Below, piece by piece: positions 40,570-49,343 of a stretch of 64,000 nt of DNA (position 1 is its first letter; each line of letters starts with the position of its first letter). The notes under the pieces are model-generated. The model worked only from the letters and a program-made list of their open reading frames with translations. It was not told the DNA's origin and made no database searches. A program made the position numbers and the translations under genes. The DNA comes from a virus. Lineage: Duplodnaviria > Caudoviricetes. Where the stretch lies: the IMG/VR virus record IMGVR_UViG_3300031775_000001, positions 1 through 64,000 of that record, one strand, 5' to 3'.

Positions 40570-40675
40570 CGAAGCTCCTAACCCCTTAATATGAAAGGAG
40601 ATGCCCCTCGATAAAATCTAAGGGCTTTTAGTTCCCCACCGAACATGGAAGAACATCAAACTGTAAAAGAACAAA
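40570..40675 (-). ncRNA. structured leader / tracr- or omegaRNA-like scaffold
   Basis: boxA-like start, two to three hairpins, and an anti-repeat-like AAGGGGT-TA-GGAG joined to repeat 1 by a cUUCGg loop. Confidence 0.65.
40658..40673 (-). promoter_or_regulatory. boxA-like antitermination element upstream of the array
   Basis: TGTTCTTTTACAGTTT begins 2-3 nt after the tnpB stop. Confidence 0.55.
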
Positions 40676-41887
40676 TTAGCCAAATGCCCTCTGGCGTACA
40701 ACCTCGGCGGCATTAGGGTCTCGAAAAAGATGAGTGCCACATTCCGGGCAATCCCATTCCCTTTCGTCTAGAGTGAGGTTTCTATTAATGAAACCACAAC
40801 AAGAACAAGTCATAGAGGTATATTTAGGATCAACCATCTTACAGGTTTTTCCCTCAAGCTCTGATTTATATTGAATTTGTGAAATAATTTCTGCCAGCCC
40901 ACCGCCGACAAGTTTTTTGTTTGTGGCTTTCTTCACTCGCCTTAATGTTTTCTTATCTTCCTCTGTCTTTTCTACTATTTTCTTAACTTCAAAATCTTCA
41001 ACGGCGATGCCATCATTTTCGGAAACTATCTGACGGCTAATGGCATGTCTTGCATGTTTTTTCTTATTTGCTTCATAATGTTTTAGCCTTGCAATCTTAG
41101 ACTTTATTTTTCTAAAATTCTTTGACCCCTTTTTGCAAAGAGCCAATTTCTGATTAAGTCTAGCCTGACGAGCTTCAACATCTTTATAGGTCGGAATATG
41201 GAACGTATTGCCCTTATTGTCCGTAACATGATCCTTAATTCCAAAATCTAAACCGATTGTTTTTTTAATTTTAACCTTCTTCTGTATGGTTTGGGATTCT
41301 CCAACTATACATACATACCATTTTCCGGCTTGATGTTTAATAGTTGCGATTTTGGGCTTTCTTCCATCAAGAGAACGATGCATAATAAGTTTGACCTTAT
41401 GAGGCTTCACTCTGTTTGCAGGGTTAGATAAGAAAATATGGCTTTTCTTCAACTTGTCTTCATTTATTTCTAATTTATATGAATCAGTTTGAAAACTATT
41501 TGCCAACCTCAAAGGTTTAGGTTTCAGTCGAGAACCACCACCCTTGGTAAAGAAATTACCTCTGAGTTGATTAGCAATATGATTTAGATCTCTTGAGGGG
41601 CATTTTCTTAAAAGCTCAATACCCCAATTGTTTCCTTCTTCATCCAAATACCTATCCTCAAATCCTTCACCATAAGTTCTCCATCTCGTTATATTCCTAT
41701 TATAAGCAGTAAAATTAGGCTTTTTTTCTTCCTCATTGTCCGCTTCAGCCAGAAAGATATACTCATTCTTAACTAATTGAGAAGCTCTGCAACAATCATA
41801 TAGATATTCTTCCTGCTCCTTGTTTGGCTTAATTGCGAACTTGAAGGTTTTCAAATTCTTATTGTTTTTCTCTTTGGATTTCATCAA
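40676..41887 (-). CDS. tnpB: TnpB/Cas12f-like RNA-guided RuvC nuclease (403 aa), CRISPR-associated
   Basis: N-terminal TFKFAIKPNKEQ (OrfB HTH), RuvC-I IGLDFG, RuvC-II IAVEDF, Zn finger TSMTCSCCG...WDCPECG, RuvC-III RDPNAA. Confidence 0.93.
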   Translation of the reverse strand: MMKSKEKNNKNLKTFKFAIKPNKEQEEYLYDCCRASQLVKNEYIFLAEADNEEEKKPNFTAYNRNITRWRTYGEGFEDRYLDEEGNNWGIELLRKCPSRDLNHIANQLRGNFFTKGGGSRLKPKPLRLANSFQTDSYKLEINEDKLKKSHIFLSNPANRVKPHKVKLIMHRSLDGRKPKIATIKHQAGKWYVCIVGESQTIQKKVKIKKTIGLDFGIKDHVTDNKGNTFHIPTYKDVEARQARLNQKLALCKKGSKNFRKIKSKIARLKHYEANKKKHARHAISRQIVSENDGIAVEDFEVKKIVEKTEEDKKTLRRVKKATNKKLVGGGLAEIISQIQYKSELEGKTCKMVDPKYTSMTCSCCGFINRNLTLDEREWDCPECGTHLFRDPNAAEVVRQRAFG

Positions 41888-41894
41888 AGAACTC

Positions 41895-41992
41895 TAGTTT
41901 CGTTCTTAAGACCACATGTCGTTGTTTCGTTCATTTGGTATAGATGCCTATTTGAATTAAGCTTTGACTTCCCCTCCGAACAAGGAAGAAGC
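41895..41992 (-). repeat. second copy of the CRISPR leader scaffold upstream of tnpB
   Basis: 41961-41990 vs 40624-40653 is 26/30 identical; shared GGCATCT; two GAACGAAAC repeat-end motifs at 41897-41905 and 41924-41932. Confidence 0.7.
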
Positions 41993-42554
41993 AAGGGTAA
42001 ACCTTGATTTTGAAAAAAAATCATTCTTGAGGACTCCAATAAATCCCCTTAAATAAAACCAATTTAACATTGTCGCCATCGTCCACATCAATCCCTATAA
42101 GCTCACCCTCTGGAACGACAGATTTTGTGCTTTCATAAAAGAACTCCTTGGATTCAGAAGCATAGACTACTTGATCTGAGTGATATGGTAGCTTATCGAA
42201 GAAATCCGGATTATCCTTTTCCCATTTCTTAAAGTTTTCATATTGACTCGCTTTAGAAGGAAAATAACTACCGGACTCTAATTTGCCCACAGTCTTTTTT
42301 TGTTGTTTGCTCATTTTATTTAAAAATCTATGGATTCGGAAAAAGAAGTTCTAATGTCATTCACTAATTGAGACCGAGAATCACCCAAGGAACATTCGTC
42401 CCCTTCAATATAAAAAGAACTACATATATCGCTTATAGGGTCACCCCTAGATTCCCACCAATCCGGATTTTCTTCCATTGTTGAGAGCAAGACTTCTTCT
42501 ATAAAACTTGATATTTCTTCTATCCTGCTAAAATTGATTTCTTTATTTGTATCA

Positions 42555-42989
42555 CTATTGATTAACTTCATTTAAACCCTTTTCGTTTGAATTATCTTTA
42601 GATAAAATTTCCATCAACAAACTCACCGCTTCATCATCGCTCATTGTCGCAATAAAAGGATTGTCATTCCCCCATTGGCTAAGAGCCGCATGGTAACCAT
42701 CTCCATAATCCTGCAAGGAACCATCATAAAGGAAAGCTATTCCAGCTTGTGTCCTTCCATCCTCGAAGCCTTTTTGGTAACTTTGTGACGACCTAACTTC
42801 TGTTTCATTAATCACATCAGCCAACTGAGCTTCTAATATATTAGTTTCTGCATCGTAAGTTCTCAATAAAAATTGAAAATCCTTAATCCTGCTCTCTTGG
42901 TAGTTGTAAAAATATACGCCACCAAAAAAGCACAATACAAGCAAATTAACCATCGTTAATGTCCAAATAATTCTCTCTTTATGATTCAT
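42555..42989 (-). CDS. single-pass membrane protein with coiled-coil region
   Basis: N-terminal TM helix (IIWTLTMVNLLVLCFFGGVYFY). Confidence 0.65.
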   Translation of the reverse strand: MNHKERIIWTLTMVNLLVLCFFGGVYFYNYQESRIKDFQFLLRTYDAETNILEAQLADVINETEVRSSQSYQKGFEDGRTQAGIAFLYDGSLQDYGDGYHAALSQWGNDNPFIATMSDDEAVSLLMEILSKDNSNEKGLNEVNQ

Positions 42990-42992
42990 AAG

Positions 42993-43553
42993 TTATGCTG
43001 ATTTTGAAAAATCTTCAGAAGATACATGTAGCGACTCCAAAGCTTCGACGGATGCGGTCATAGAGCCGTAATAACCACTGGAATCTAATTTTTCATAAAT
43101 TTTCATAAGAAAATCCACGCATTCATCATAATCCATCTTTCTGCAGTTACTCAATATATTAACCCAAAATCCATATGTAATTCGTTTTCTTATTATTTTT
43201 CTGTTATCGCTTTTTACATCTTGCAAATTAAAAGATAGTTCTTTTTCGATTTGGTCAATACACCGGGAGTCAATCACGGTCTCTCCGTCCTTATTAATGC
43301 CAGAAGACAAATATGTTCTCTTTAAAATATTAATTAATCTGCGACATAATGTTTTGGGCGTCCTATTAATTGAAAGCTCTGAGTCCTTTTTCTTGGGGAA
43401 CGACCCGATTTTGAGTCTAACTCCGTGAGCTAAACAATTCCTGACTCCTTTTGTTTTCCTAAAAGAAAAATTGTTGCGAGATGCCCCGAAACCGGCTTTA
43501 TATCTTGAAGTATTATAGTTCATTTTGGATTTTTGGATCGATATTCCTAGCAA
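42993..43553 (-). CDS. hypothetical protein (186 aa)
   Basis: Long ORF on the dominant strand. Confidence 0.6.
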   Translation of the reverse strand: MLGISIQKSKMNYNTSRYKAGFGASRNNFSFRKTKGVRNCLAHGVRLKIGSFPKKKDSELSINRTPKTLCRRLINILKRTYLSSGINKDGETVIDSRCIDQIEKELSFNLQDVKSDNRKIIRKRITYGFWVNILSNCRKMDYDECVDFLMKIYEKLDSSGYYGSMTASVEALESLHVSSEDFSKSA

Positions 43554-44046
43554 TCTCAGACAATTCTACGAAATTTATTTCCGCTTGGTCTCTATTGGCA
43601 AGAGATTTACTTTCTTGTTCTTTTTTTAAAAGGGTTGGCTTTTTTTGAGGTTTTCCTCGTAACCAGTTACGTTGCATAATTCTAGTGAAAAACCTATGCA
43701 AAGAAAATGAATAAATTTTATTTAAATTAACTGTATTGCCATCGGAGTCAGTAATTGACAAGACGGCAGTTTCATCGTCATATGCAAACGATCCATGCAT
43801 TAATATTTTTTCTATTTTCACTCTTTGATTGATTTACTATAAATGTTAAAGAAATGCAGAAAGGAAGTCAAGATCATTTTTGGTATCTTTCGAGGAAAGT
43901 GCATAATGAACAATACATAGCCATCAAAAAAGAAAAAAAGAATAAAATACTATCATTTAGACCAAAAAATATTGAAACCGACAAATTTACAAACACCAAT
44001 ACGAAAAGGAGTTTCCCTTTGTTATTTAAACGATGCCAAGAAACAA

Positions 44047-44781
44047 TCATTCCGGAACGTAATGGTTTTTATTTAAATTTATTTCTTTCGGAAGTCGGGA
44101 AGTTTTTTTTATTTGTTTTATTCTGCATTTGTCTGCCTTATTGAAAATCCCGGCCAAATATTTAGCCGACTCATTTGCTTCTGAAATATCATTTTTATTC
44201 TCATCCTCAACTGTCATGCCTTTATAATGATGTCTTAATTTTTCAAAAATTCTAATTTTGCAGATATTAACTGCTTGTCTAGTTATTGAATGTTTGGTTG
44301 CTATTTCTTTTTCGCTCTTACCTTTTAACATCATTCCAAAGGTATCCTTTTCAATTTCCGTCAATATATGAGAATATTTTTTAATAATATCAACAATAAC
44401 CTTCAGTTTTGCACCTTCATCAAAGAATGCAACATCTTCCTCTACTCCTATTTGATCGCATATCCAATCAAACAAAGAAACTTGCCCATCATCAGTTTCA
44501 TATGTCCCGTCAGCAAGATTTTTAGAATAATGAAATTCTTTTATGCCCTGCCAGTTCGTTACATTCCTTGCATACGCATATGCCCATTTAGTGAAGTCTG
44601 CCTTAGAGAAATCATAGCCTAATTTATCAAAAAACTTTTGTTTCGTTTTTATTAAATTAAAATTAACTTGACCTACCATATCATCAACGGTAGAACTCGC
44701 ATTTTGGGAAATATGCTTTCCTACTATTTTCCTAAGGTCTTCCTGATACTCTACTAAAAAATCATCAAATCTAGATTTCAT
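44047..44781 (-). CDS. ECF-like RNA polymerase sigma factor (sigma2 + sigma4)
   Basis: VDDMVGQVNFNL...FTKWAYAYARN (region 2); LTEIEKDTFGMMLKGKSEKEIATKHSITRQAVNICKIRIFEKLR (region 4). Confidence 0.8.
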   Translation of the reverse strand: MKSRFDDFLVEYQEDLRKIVGKHISQNASSTVDDMVGQVNFNLIKTKQKFFDKLGYDFSKADFTKWAYAYARNVTNWQGIKEFHYSKNLADGTYETDDGQVSLFDWICDQIGVEEDVAFFDEGAKLKVIVDIIKKYSHILTEIEKDTFGMMLKGKSEKEIATKHSITRQAVNICKIRIFEKLRHHYKGMTVEDENKNDISEANESAKYLAGIFNKADKCRIKQIKKTSRLPKEINLNKNHYVPE

Positions 44782-46000
44782 TTTCTTTTATAAATTTAAA
44801 TAACCTAACGTAATTGGAAATTGGCATATTAAGATACTTCGCCGCCTGTAGGGCGACTTTATTATTTTGATGATAGGCTTCCAATATTGAGCTTTTCATC
44901 TCTTTTGCATATTTAATTCTATTTCTTTTCCTCGCAGACAACCTATTGGCGAGCCTAATCTCATCAACACTATCCAAAAAATCTCTTTTAAAATCAGGAT
45001 AAGCCCTACCCATTTGATTCATTGTTCTTCTTAGGGTGTTTACCGCCAATCCGAATTCTTTTGCAACAGATTTTAATAAGTGATTATTCCTTTTTAAGCT
45101 TTCCTCTAATTTAGGTTTTAGCTTCTCCAGCCTTAAAGAAAGCCTTATTTTGTTATTCTTTTTTCGAGTTTCTAGCATCTTCTTTCTAACTTCGGGGTCT
45201 TTTAGGTTGGACGGAATTAAGTTCCCATTCTTTTTCCTTGTCTCCAAGGCTTTAATCTTCCCCATCTCTAATTTCTCCGGATCATAAACAGGGTCTCTAG
45301 CGGGAGGATTTGGGTATCTTTTTTTCCAATTAATTCCTTCAAAAAAAATCATCCTGTTCATCAAGGATCTATGACTAATGCGAAGTATATCTTTCGCGTG
45401 ATTAACATTTCCTTTGGTTCCATCCATTACAAAGAGTATTGATTCTAATTCTTTTTCTGCGACCTCAGAATCATTATAGTTCGTCCTCCCTCTCTTGTCC
45501 GAATGGGATTTCCCGTATTTGCTTAAAGCGGAAAACCAATTTTTTGTTTTATTTTTGTTGTGTTCTCTTCCGGCTTCTATGAAAATCCTTATCTCTTCAT
45601 CGCTTTTTTTATAATTTTTGGGGGGAGACCAATTTCTTCGACCTACCTGACCTTCAAACCTCTTTTTTTCGATTTTAAAGAGCTTATCAAATTCATTGGG
45701 GAACGCCGTACTTCTTACCGCATCCCAGAACGCAATTCTACTTGAGCCTACAGAATTTTTTCCATATTCTTTATGTAGGATGTATATATGAGACGCTTTC
45801 CTTTTTGAGAAATTTTTATTTTCTGAAAGTTTTAAATCTAATATATTAAGAGCTAATTTAGCTGATTTAGCCTTAAGAAAAACTTTAAAATCTCTTTCGC
45901 TTTTATCTTTATAACATTCAGTATAATGAAGCACCCAATATTGATTATGAGCAAATTTCTTCCTAAACGATCTAAACTGAATATTTTTTCCTTTTCTCAT
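44771..46000 (-). CDS. basic protein with three Fis-type HTH motifs (409 aa), paralog of 45997..47214
   Basis: GNVNHAKDILRISHRSL, LKSVAKEFGLAVNTLRR and ALQAAKYLNMPISNY helices. Confidence 0.7.
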   Translation of the reverse strand: MRKGKNIQFRSFRKKFAHNQYWVLHYTECYKDKSERDFKVFLKAKSAKLALNILDLKLSENKNFSKRKASHIYILHKEYGKNSVGSSRIAFWDAVRSTAFPNEFDKLFKIEKKRFEGQVGRRNWSPPKNYKKSDEEIRIFIEAGREHNKNKTKNWFSALSKYGKSHSDKRGRTNYNDSEVAEKELESILFVMDGTKGNVNHAKDILRISHRSLMNRMIFFEGINWKKRYPNPPARDPVYDPEKLEMGKIKALETRKKNGNLIPSNLKDPEVRKKMLETRKKNNKIRLSLRLEKLKPKLEESLKRNNHLLKSVAKEFGLAVNTLRRTMNQMGRAYPDFKRDFLDSVDEIRLANRLSARKRNRIKYAKEMKSSILEAYHQNNKVALQAAKYLNMPISNYVRLFKFIKENEI

Positions 46001-47214
46001 TGAAGCCCCTCCCTAATGTCTTTAACGAAATTGCGAAAAGTACCTGGGCTCATGCCTAAATACTTAGAAGCTTGGCGAGAATTTCCGTCAAATTGATGAT
46101 AAGCCTCAAGGATATTATGCTTGCAGGAATTCAATTGATGCTCCCTCCTCTTTTTTTTGGCAAAAGAATGATTTTCATTTCTTTTTTTATCCTTCACTTC
46201 GTCAAATTCTTTTTTAAAATTGGGGTAGAAAATCTTTAAGTCTCTGATTACATTAGAAACCCATGCGACACTCATGCCCAACTCCTCGCTTGTCCTGATT
46301 TGATGAAAATTATTTTTTCTTAGAGCATCCAAAAAAGGAGTTTTTATCTTTTTTAAATTTTCCTCTTTCTTTTTTCTCCATGTCTTTGCTCTTGTTTTTT
46401 TAGCTTTATTCAATACCTCTTCTTTGTTCTTGAAATTAAAAAACTTATGCCCACGAGACTTAAGTGTTTTGACCGCCTCTATATGACCGATCCTTTGGGC
46501 TTCAGTATTCTTTTTTCTCTCTCTGGTTCCGGTTAAAGGATATTCTTTATTCCAATCAACTCCGTCAAACTTTTGCAAATAACGCCTGAAGGCAGATGAA
46601 CCAATGCCTAACTCGTCACCGCAAGCACTTTTATTCCCCTTGTTTTTTTTCATTAACCCTTTAAGGAATTTAGTTTCCATTCCTTTGAAGGTAAGATCCT
46701 TTAAAGAAACATAAGAATTTTCTCCAAATCGTTTTTTTGCTTCTGGGCTTTTGGGCAAAACACAACCTCTCTTTTTGTCAGAAAACTTTTTTAATCTGGC
46801 AATTCTCTCATTATTTAATTCTTTGGAAGGGCGCTGTTCCCCCCTTCCCATTGGATGCAAATAACTATATTTCTTATCTTTTTTAAGTTTGAATATTTTA
46901 TTAAATTCATTTGGGAAGCTTATCTTCCTTATGTGATCCCAAGTCGAAATAGAGGAACTTAATTTAACCCCGGAAAATCGACTAAATCCCTTATGAAAAA
47001 AATAAAATAATATTGAGATTAACTTGATATTCTCATTCTCTTCTGAGATTCTTTTTAGCAGAATTTCTTTAGCCATCTCCCCGGACCTAGCCTTAATGAC
47101 AGTTCGGTAATTCCCTAATAATTTCCCACCGAGCATTTCCGAAAAATGCACAACCCAATATTGGTTGCTAGAAAATTTCTTAAATCTATATTTGTTTTGA
47201 ATGTTGGATTTCAT
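45997..47214 (-). CDS. basic protein with three Fis-type HTH motifs (405 aa)
   Basis: KNKGNKSACGDELGIGSSAFRRYL, HQIRTSEELGMSVAWV and DGNSRQASKYLGMSPGTF. Confidence 0.7.
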   Translation of the reverse strand: MKSNIQNKYRFKKFSSNQYWVVHFSEMLGGKLLGNYRTVIKARSGEMAKEILLKRISEENENIKLISILFYFFHKGFSRFSGVKLSSSISTWDHIRKISFPNEFNKIFKLKKDKKYSYLHPMGRGEQRPSKELNNERIARLKKFSDKKRGCVLPKSPEAKKRFGENSYVSLKDLTFKGMETKFLKGLMKKNKGNKSACGDELGIGSSAFRRYLQKFDGVDWNKEYPLTGTRERKKNTEAQRIGHIEAVKTLKSRGHKFFNFKNKEEVLNKAKKTRAKTWRKKKEENLKKIKTPFLDALRKNNFHQIRTSEELGMSVAWVSNVIRDLKIFYPNFKKEFDEVKDKKRNENHSFAKKKRREHQLNSCKHNILEAYHQFDGNSRQASKYLGMSPGTFRNFVKDIREGLQ

Positions 47215-47237
47215 TAAGTCATCAATGAAGATAACTT

Positions 47238-47266
47238 ATTATCGCAAAAAACAATATCTTAGTCAA
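47238..47266 (-). promoter_or_regulatory. sigma70-type promoter TTGACT-17-GATAAT for the HTH/sigma operon
   Basis: TTGACT aagatattgttttttgc GATAAT. Confidence 0.65.
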
Positions 47267-47470
47267 GTTTATAAACCATCATCAGCAAAAAAATCTTCTC
47301 CCGGATCAAAATCAATTTCCCCTCTTTCCGAAAGTTCTGTCATTTTCTCATGCAACGCGCCCACAATAGTGAAAGTGTTAATATCGAACTCTCTTAGATA
47401 CCTTTCTATAAGGTTCTCCAAGTCAAACCTAAATGCGTCTGTTTGTTCATCGAAGTCCATGCCTTATATA

Positions 47471-47477
47471 ATTACAC
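47471..47477 (-). promoter_or_regulatory. candidate phage-sigma promoter motif GTGTAAT
   Basis: GTTTTATGGTGTAAT, 10 nt before the ATG at 47460. Confidence 0.4.
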
Positions 47478-47485
47478 CATAAAAC

Positions 47486-47515
47486 AAAAAAGCCGCCCCC
47501 TAGAGGACGGCTTTT
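47486..47515 (-). terminator. Rho-independent terminator
   Basis: AAAAGCCGTCC...GGGCGGCTTTTTTGTTTT after the porin/membrane-protein pair. Confidence 0.8.
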
Positions 47516-47570
47516 GTTTCTGATCCGATGTTAACCCTTATTACTAATAAGAGAACAACTTCAGCAATGA

Positions 47571-47816
47571 CTACTTGCCTGCCGAATCAGATTGCTTCTG
47601 AAGCAATGCAACAACAAGGAGCAAGGTAATTAAACCTGCAAGACTTGCCGACTCCCCGACGAAGCCATTGACAATTCCTTGAATGTTAGCAATAACATTC
47701 ATTCCGGCTTCTTCACCGAACACAACTTGTGAAAGAACAAGGAGTCCGATGATTGACGTTAATACTGCAAAAAGGCCACCAACGGCGCCTTTGACTGTTT
47801 TTACTACGTTATCCAT
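47571..47816 (-). CDS. small integral membrane protein (81 aa)
   Basis: Two long hydrophobic segments. Confidence 0.8.
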   Translation of the reverse strand: MDNVVKTVKGAVGGLFAVLTSIIGLLVLSQVVFGEEAGMNVIANIQGIVNGFVGESASLAGLITLLLVVALLQKQSDSAGK

Positions 47817-47840
47817 AATAATTATTTGTTTTATTTATAT

Positions 47841-48509
47841 TTAGAATTTAACACTCAAGCCAACTCCCCAAAGAGTCTCGCTATCCCTGTCGTCTGTATC
47901 AGACAGGGAAACATCGGCATAAATGTCAACATTTTCACCAATAGTCTTTGAGGCTGTAACCTTTGCCCCAAGGTAGGTACTGTCATTGGTGGCGCTAGAA
48001 TCGGTATTTCCAAGAATACCGGCGATCTCAAGCCCAACCAAATCAATATCTACATCGTAGCTCAATTGGCCCTCGAATGTATAAAGAGCATCCTCTGTAT
48101 CCCTAAAGACGCTAATCCTTGGGGACAATGGGAGATTTGCCTGAAGAGACACAAATGCTTCCAAAGAAGATTCCTTTCCGTCAGTATCCGTATTGTACAC
48201 CCCTAGATAAGCATCAAAAGAGCTATCAAAAAGAGATGTAGCAACCCCAACAGTGACTTCGCTAGTATCAGAAGCTCCAGTATCGGTGCCATGATTCTTG
48301 AGGAAGTCCCCGAAGACATCCGCCCCCAAAACTTGGGTTGAGAAGCCTATTTGGGCTTGGATTGCTTCTGCAGACAAAACCTCTCCTCTTCGGTGATAAT
48401 CGGAAGCAAATTTAGTTCCGACATTCCCATTGAGAGAAGGCACTTCTGCTGAAGCGGCGTTAACTAATATGGCCCCAAAAAGGGCCGCTGTCATTATGAT
48501 CTTGTTCAT
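47841..48509 (-). CDS. outer-membrane beta-barrel, TorF-like putative porin
   Basis: Signal peptide ending AASA, GNVG...SDYHRRG motif, amphipathic strands and C-terminal VGLSVKF. Confidence 0.75.
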   Translation of the reverse strand: MNKIIMTAALFGAILVNAASAEVPSLNGNVGTKFASDYHRRGEVLSAEAIQAQIGFSTQVLGADVFGDFLKNHGTDTGASDTSEVTVGVATSLFDSSFDAYLGVYNTDTDGKESSLEAFVSLQANLPLSPRISVFRDTEDALYTFEGQLSYDVDIDLVGLEIAGILGNTDSSATNDSTYLGAKVTASKTIGENVDIYADVSLSDTDDRDSETLWGVGLSVKF

Positions 48510-49343
48510 AAGTTTTTATTTAAAACAAAAATTCAAATAATCAATTTTGCAATTCCTGTATAATGCCGTCCCATATAATAACACAAAAAATAAAAAAATT
48601 TAACTTTTTTATTAAAAAATAATAAATAGAAGTTGTAAAGGGTTGACTGTTAATGTTTAAGAGAAAGGATATTTATCAATTAAAGTCAGAATTTAATTCA
48701 GGATCATGTACTCCAACCGCATGACCTACATTAAAATTAAATCTATCAATAAAATAAATCATAAATAAAATTGCTATCTCGCACCCAGGAATGACACCTA
48801 TACCAAGAAACAATAAAAGACCAATAACTATATATGGGCAAAATTTATTTAATATGTAATCTAAAACTGGTTGGAAATTATTCATGTTTAGGTATAATGA
48901 TAGCAGATTAAGAAAGCGAGTCAAGTCTTTTTACTCCCGGTACATTATTATAATGTTATTCCCTATTATTCCAGAATGCACTTTTTTCCCTTTTAAGAGG
49001 AGAGATAATTCAAAATCATTTAGTTCTTCAGAATCTACCCCGATAATTCCATCATAAAATTTTTTAATTTCCCTTTTGATGACAAAGTCGTCATTATCGA
49101 TGACAGATGCGATGAATATATGCAACGTTTCCTTCCGCTATGTGTATGAACAAGAGCTTTATCTGTTAATTGTTGGAATAAGTCGCCTCTCTTGCAACAT
49201 TGGTTCTACCAGAGATCGCAGTCCTGCCTTCTCTCAACCGATTTATCCAATAAAAAGGCATGGACGCACTCCAGCCAAATGAAAGTATAAGAATATGAAA
49301 ACCAATAAATACCCAAAAATCACTAAAAATAAACTGCAAAACC

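Noticed and set aside
40401-41992. Autonomous IS200/IS605 or IS607 transposon
   Set aside because: There is no tnpA or serine recombinase, and the downstream region is a regularly spaced repeat array rather than a single right-end hairpin.
44771-47214. Homing endonuclease call for the two basic paralogs
   Set aside because: NUMOD3-like helices are present, but no HNH, GIY-YIG or LAGLIDADG catalytic motif is visible.
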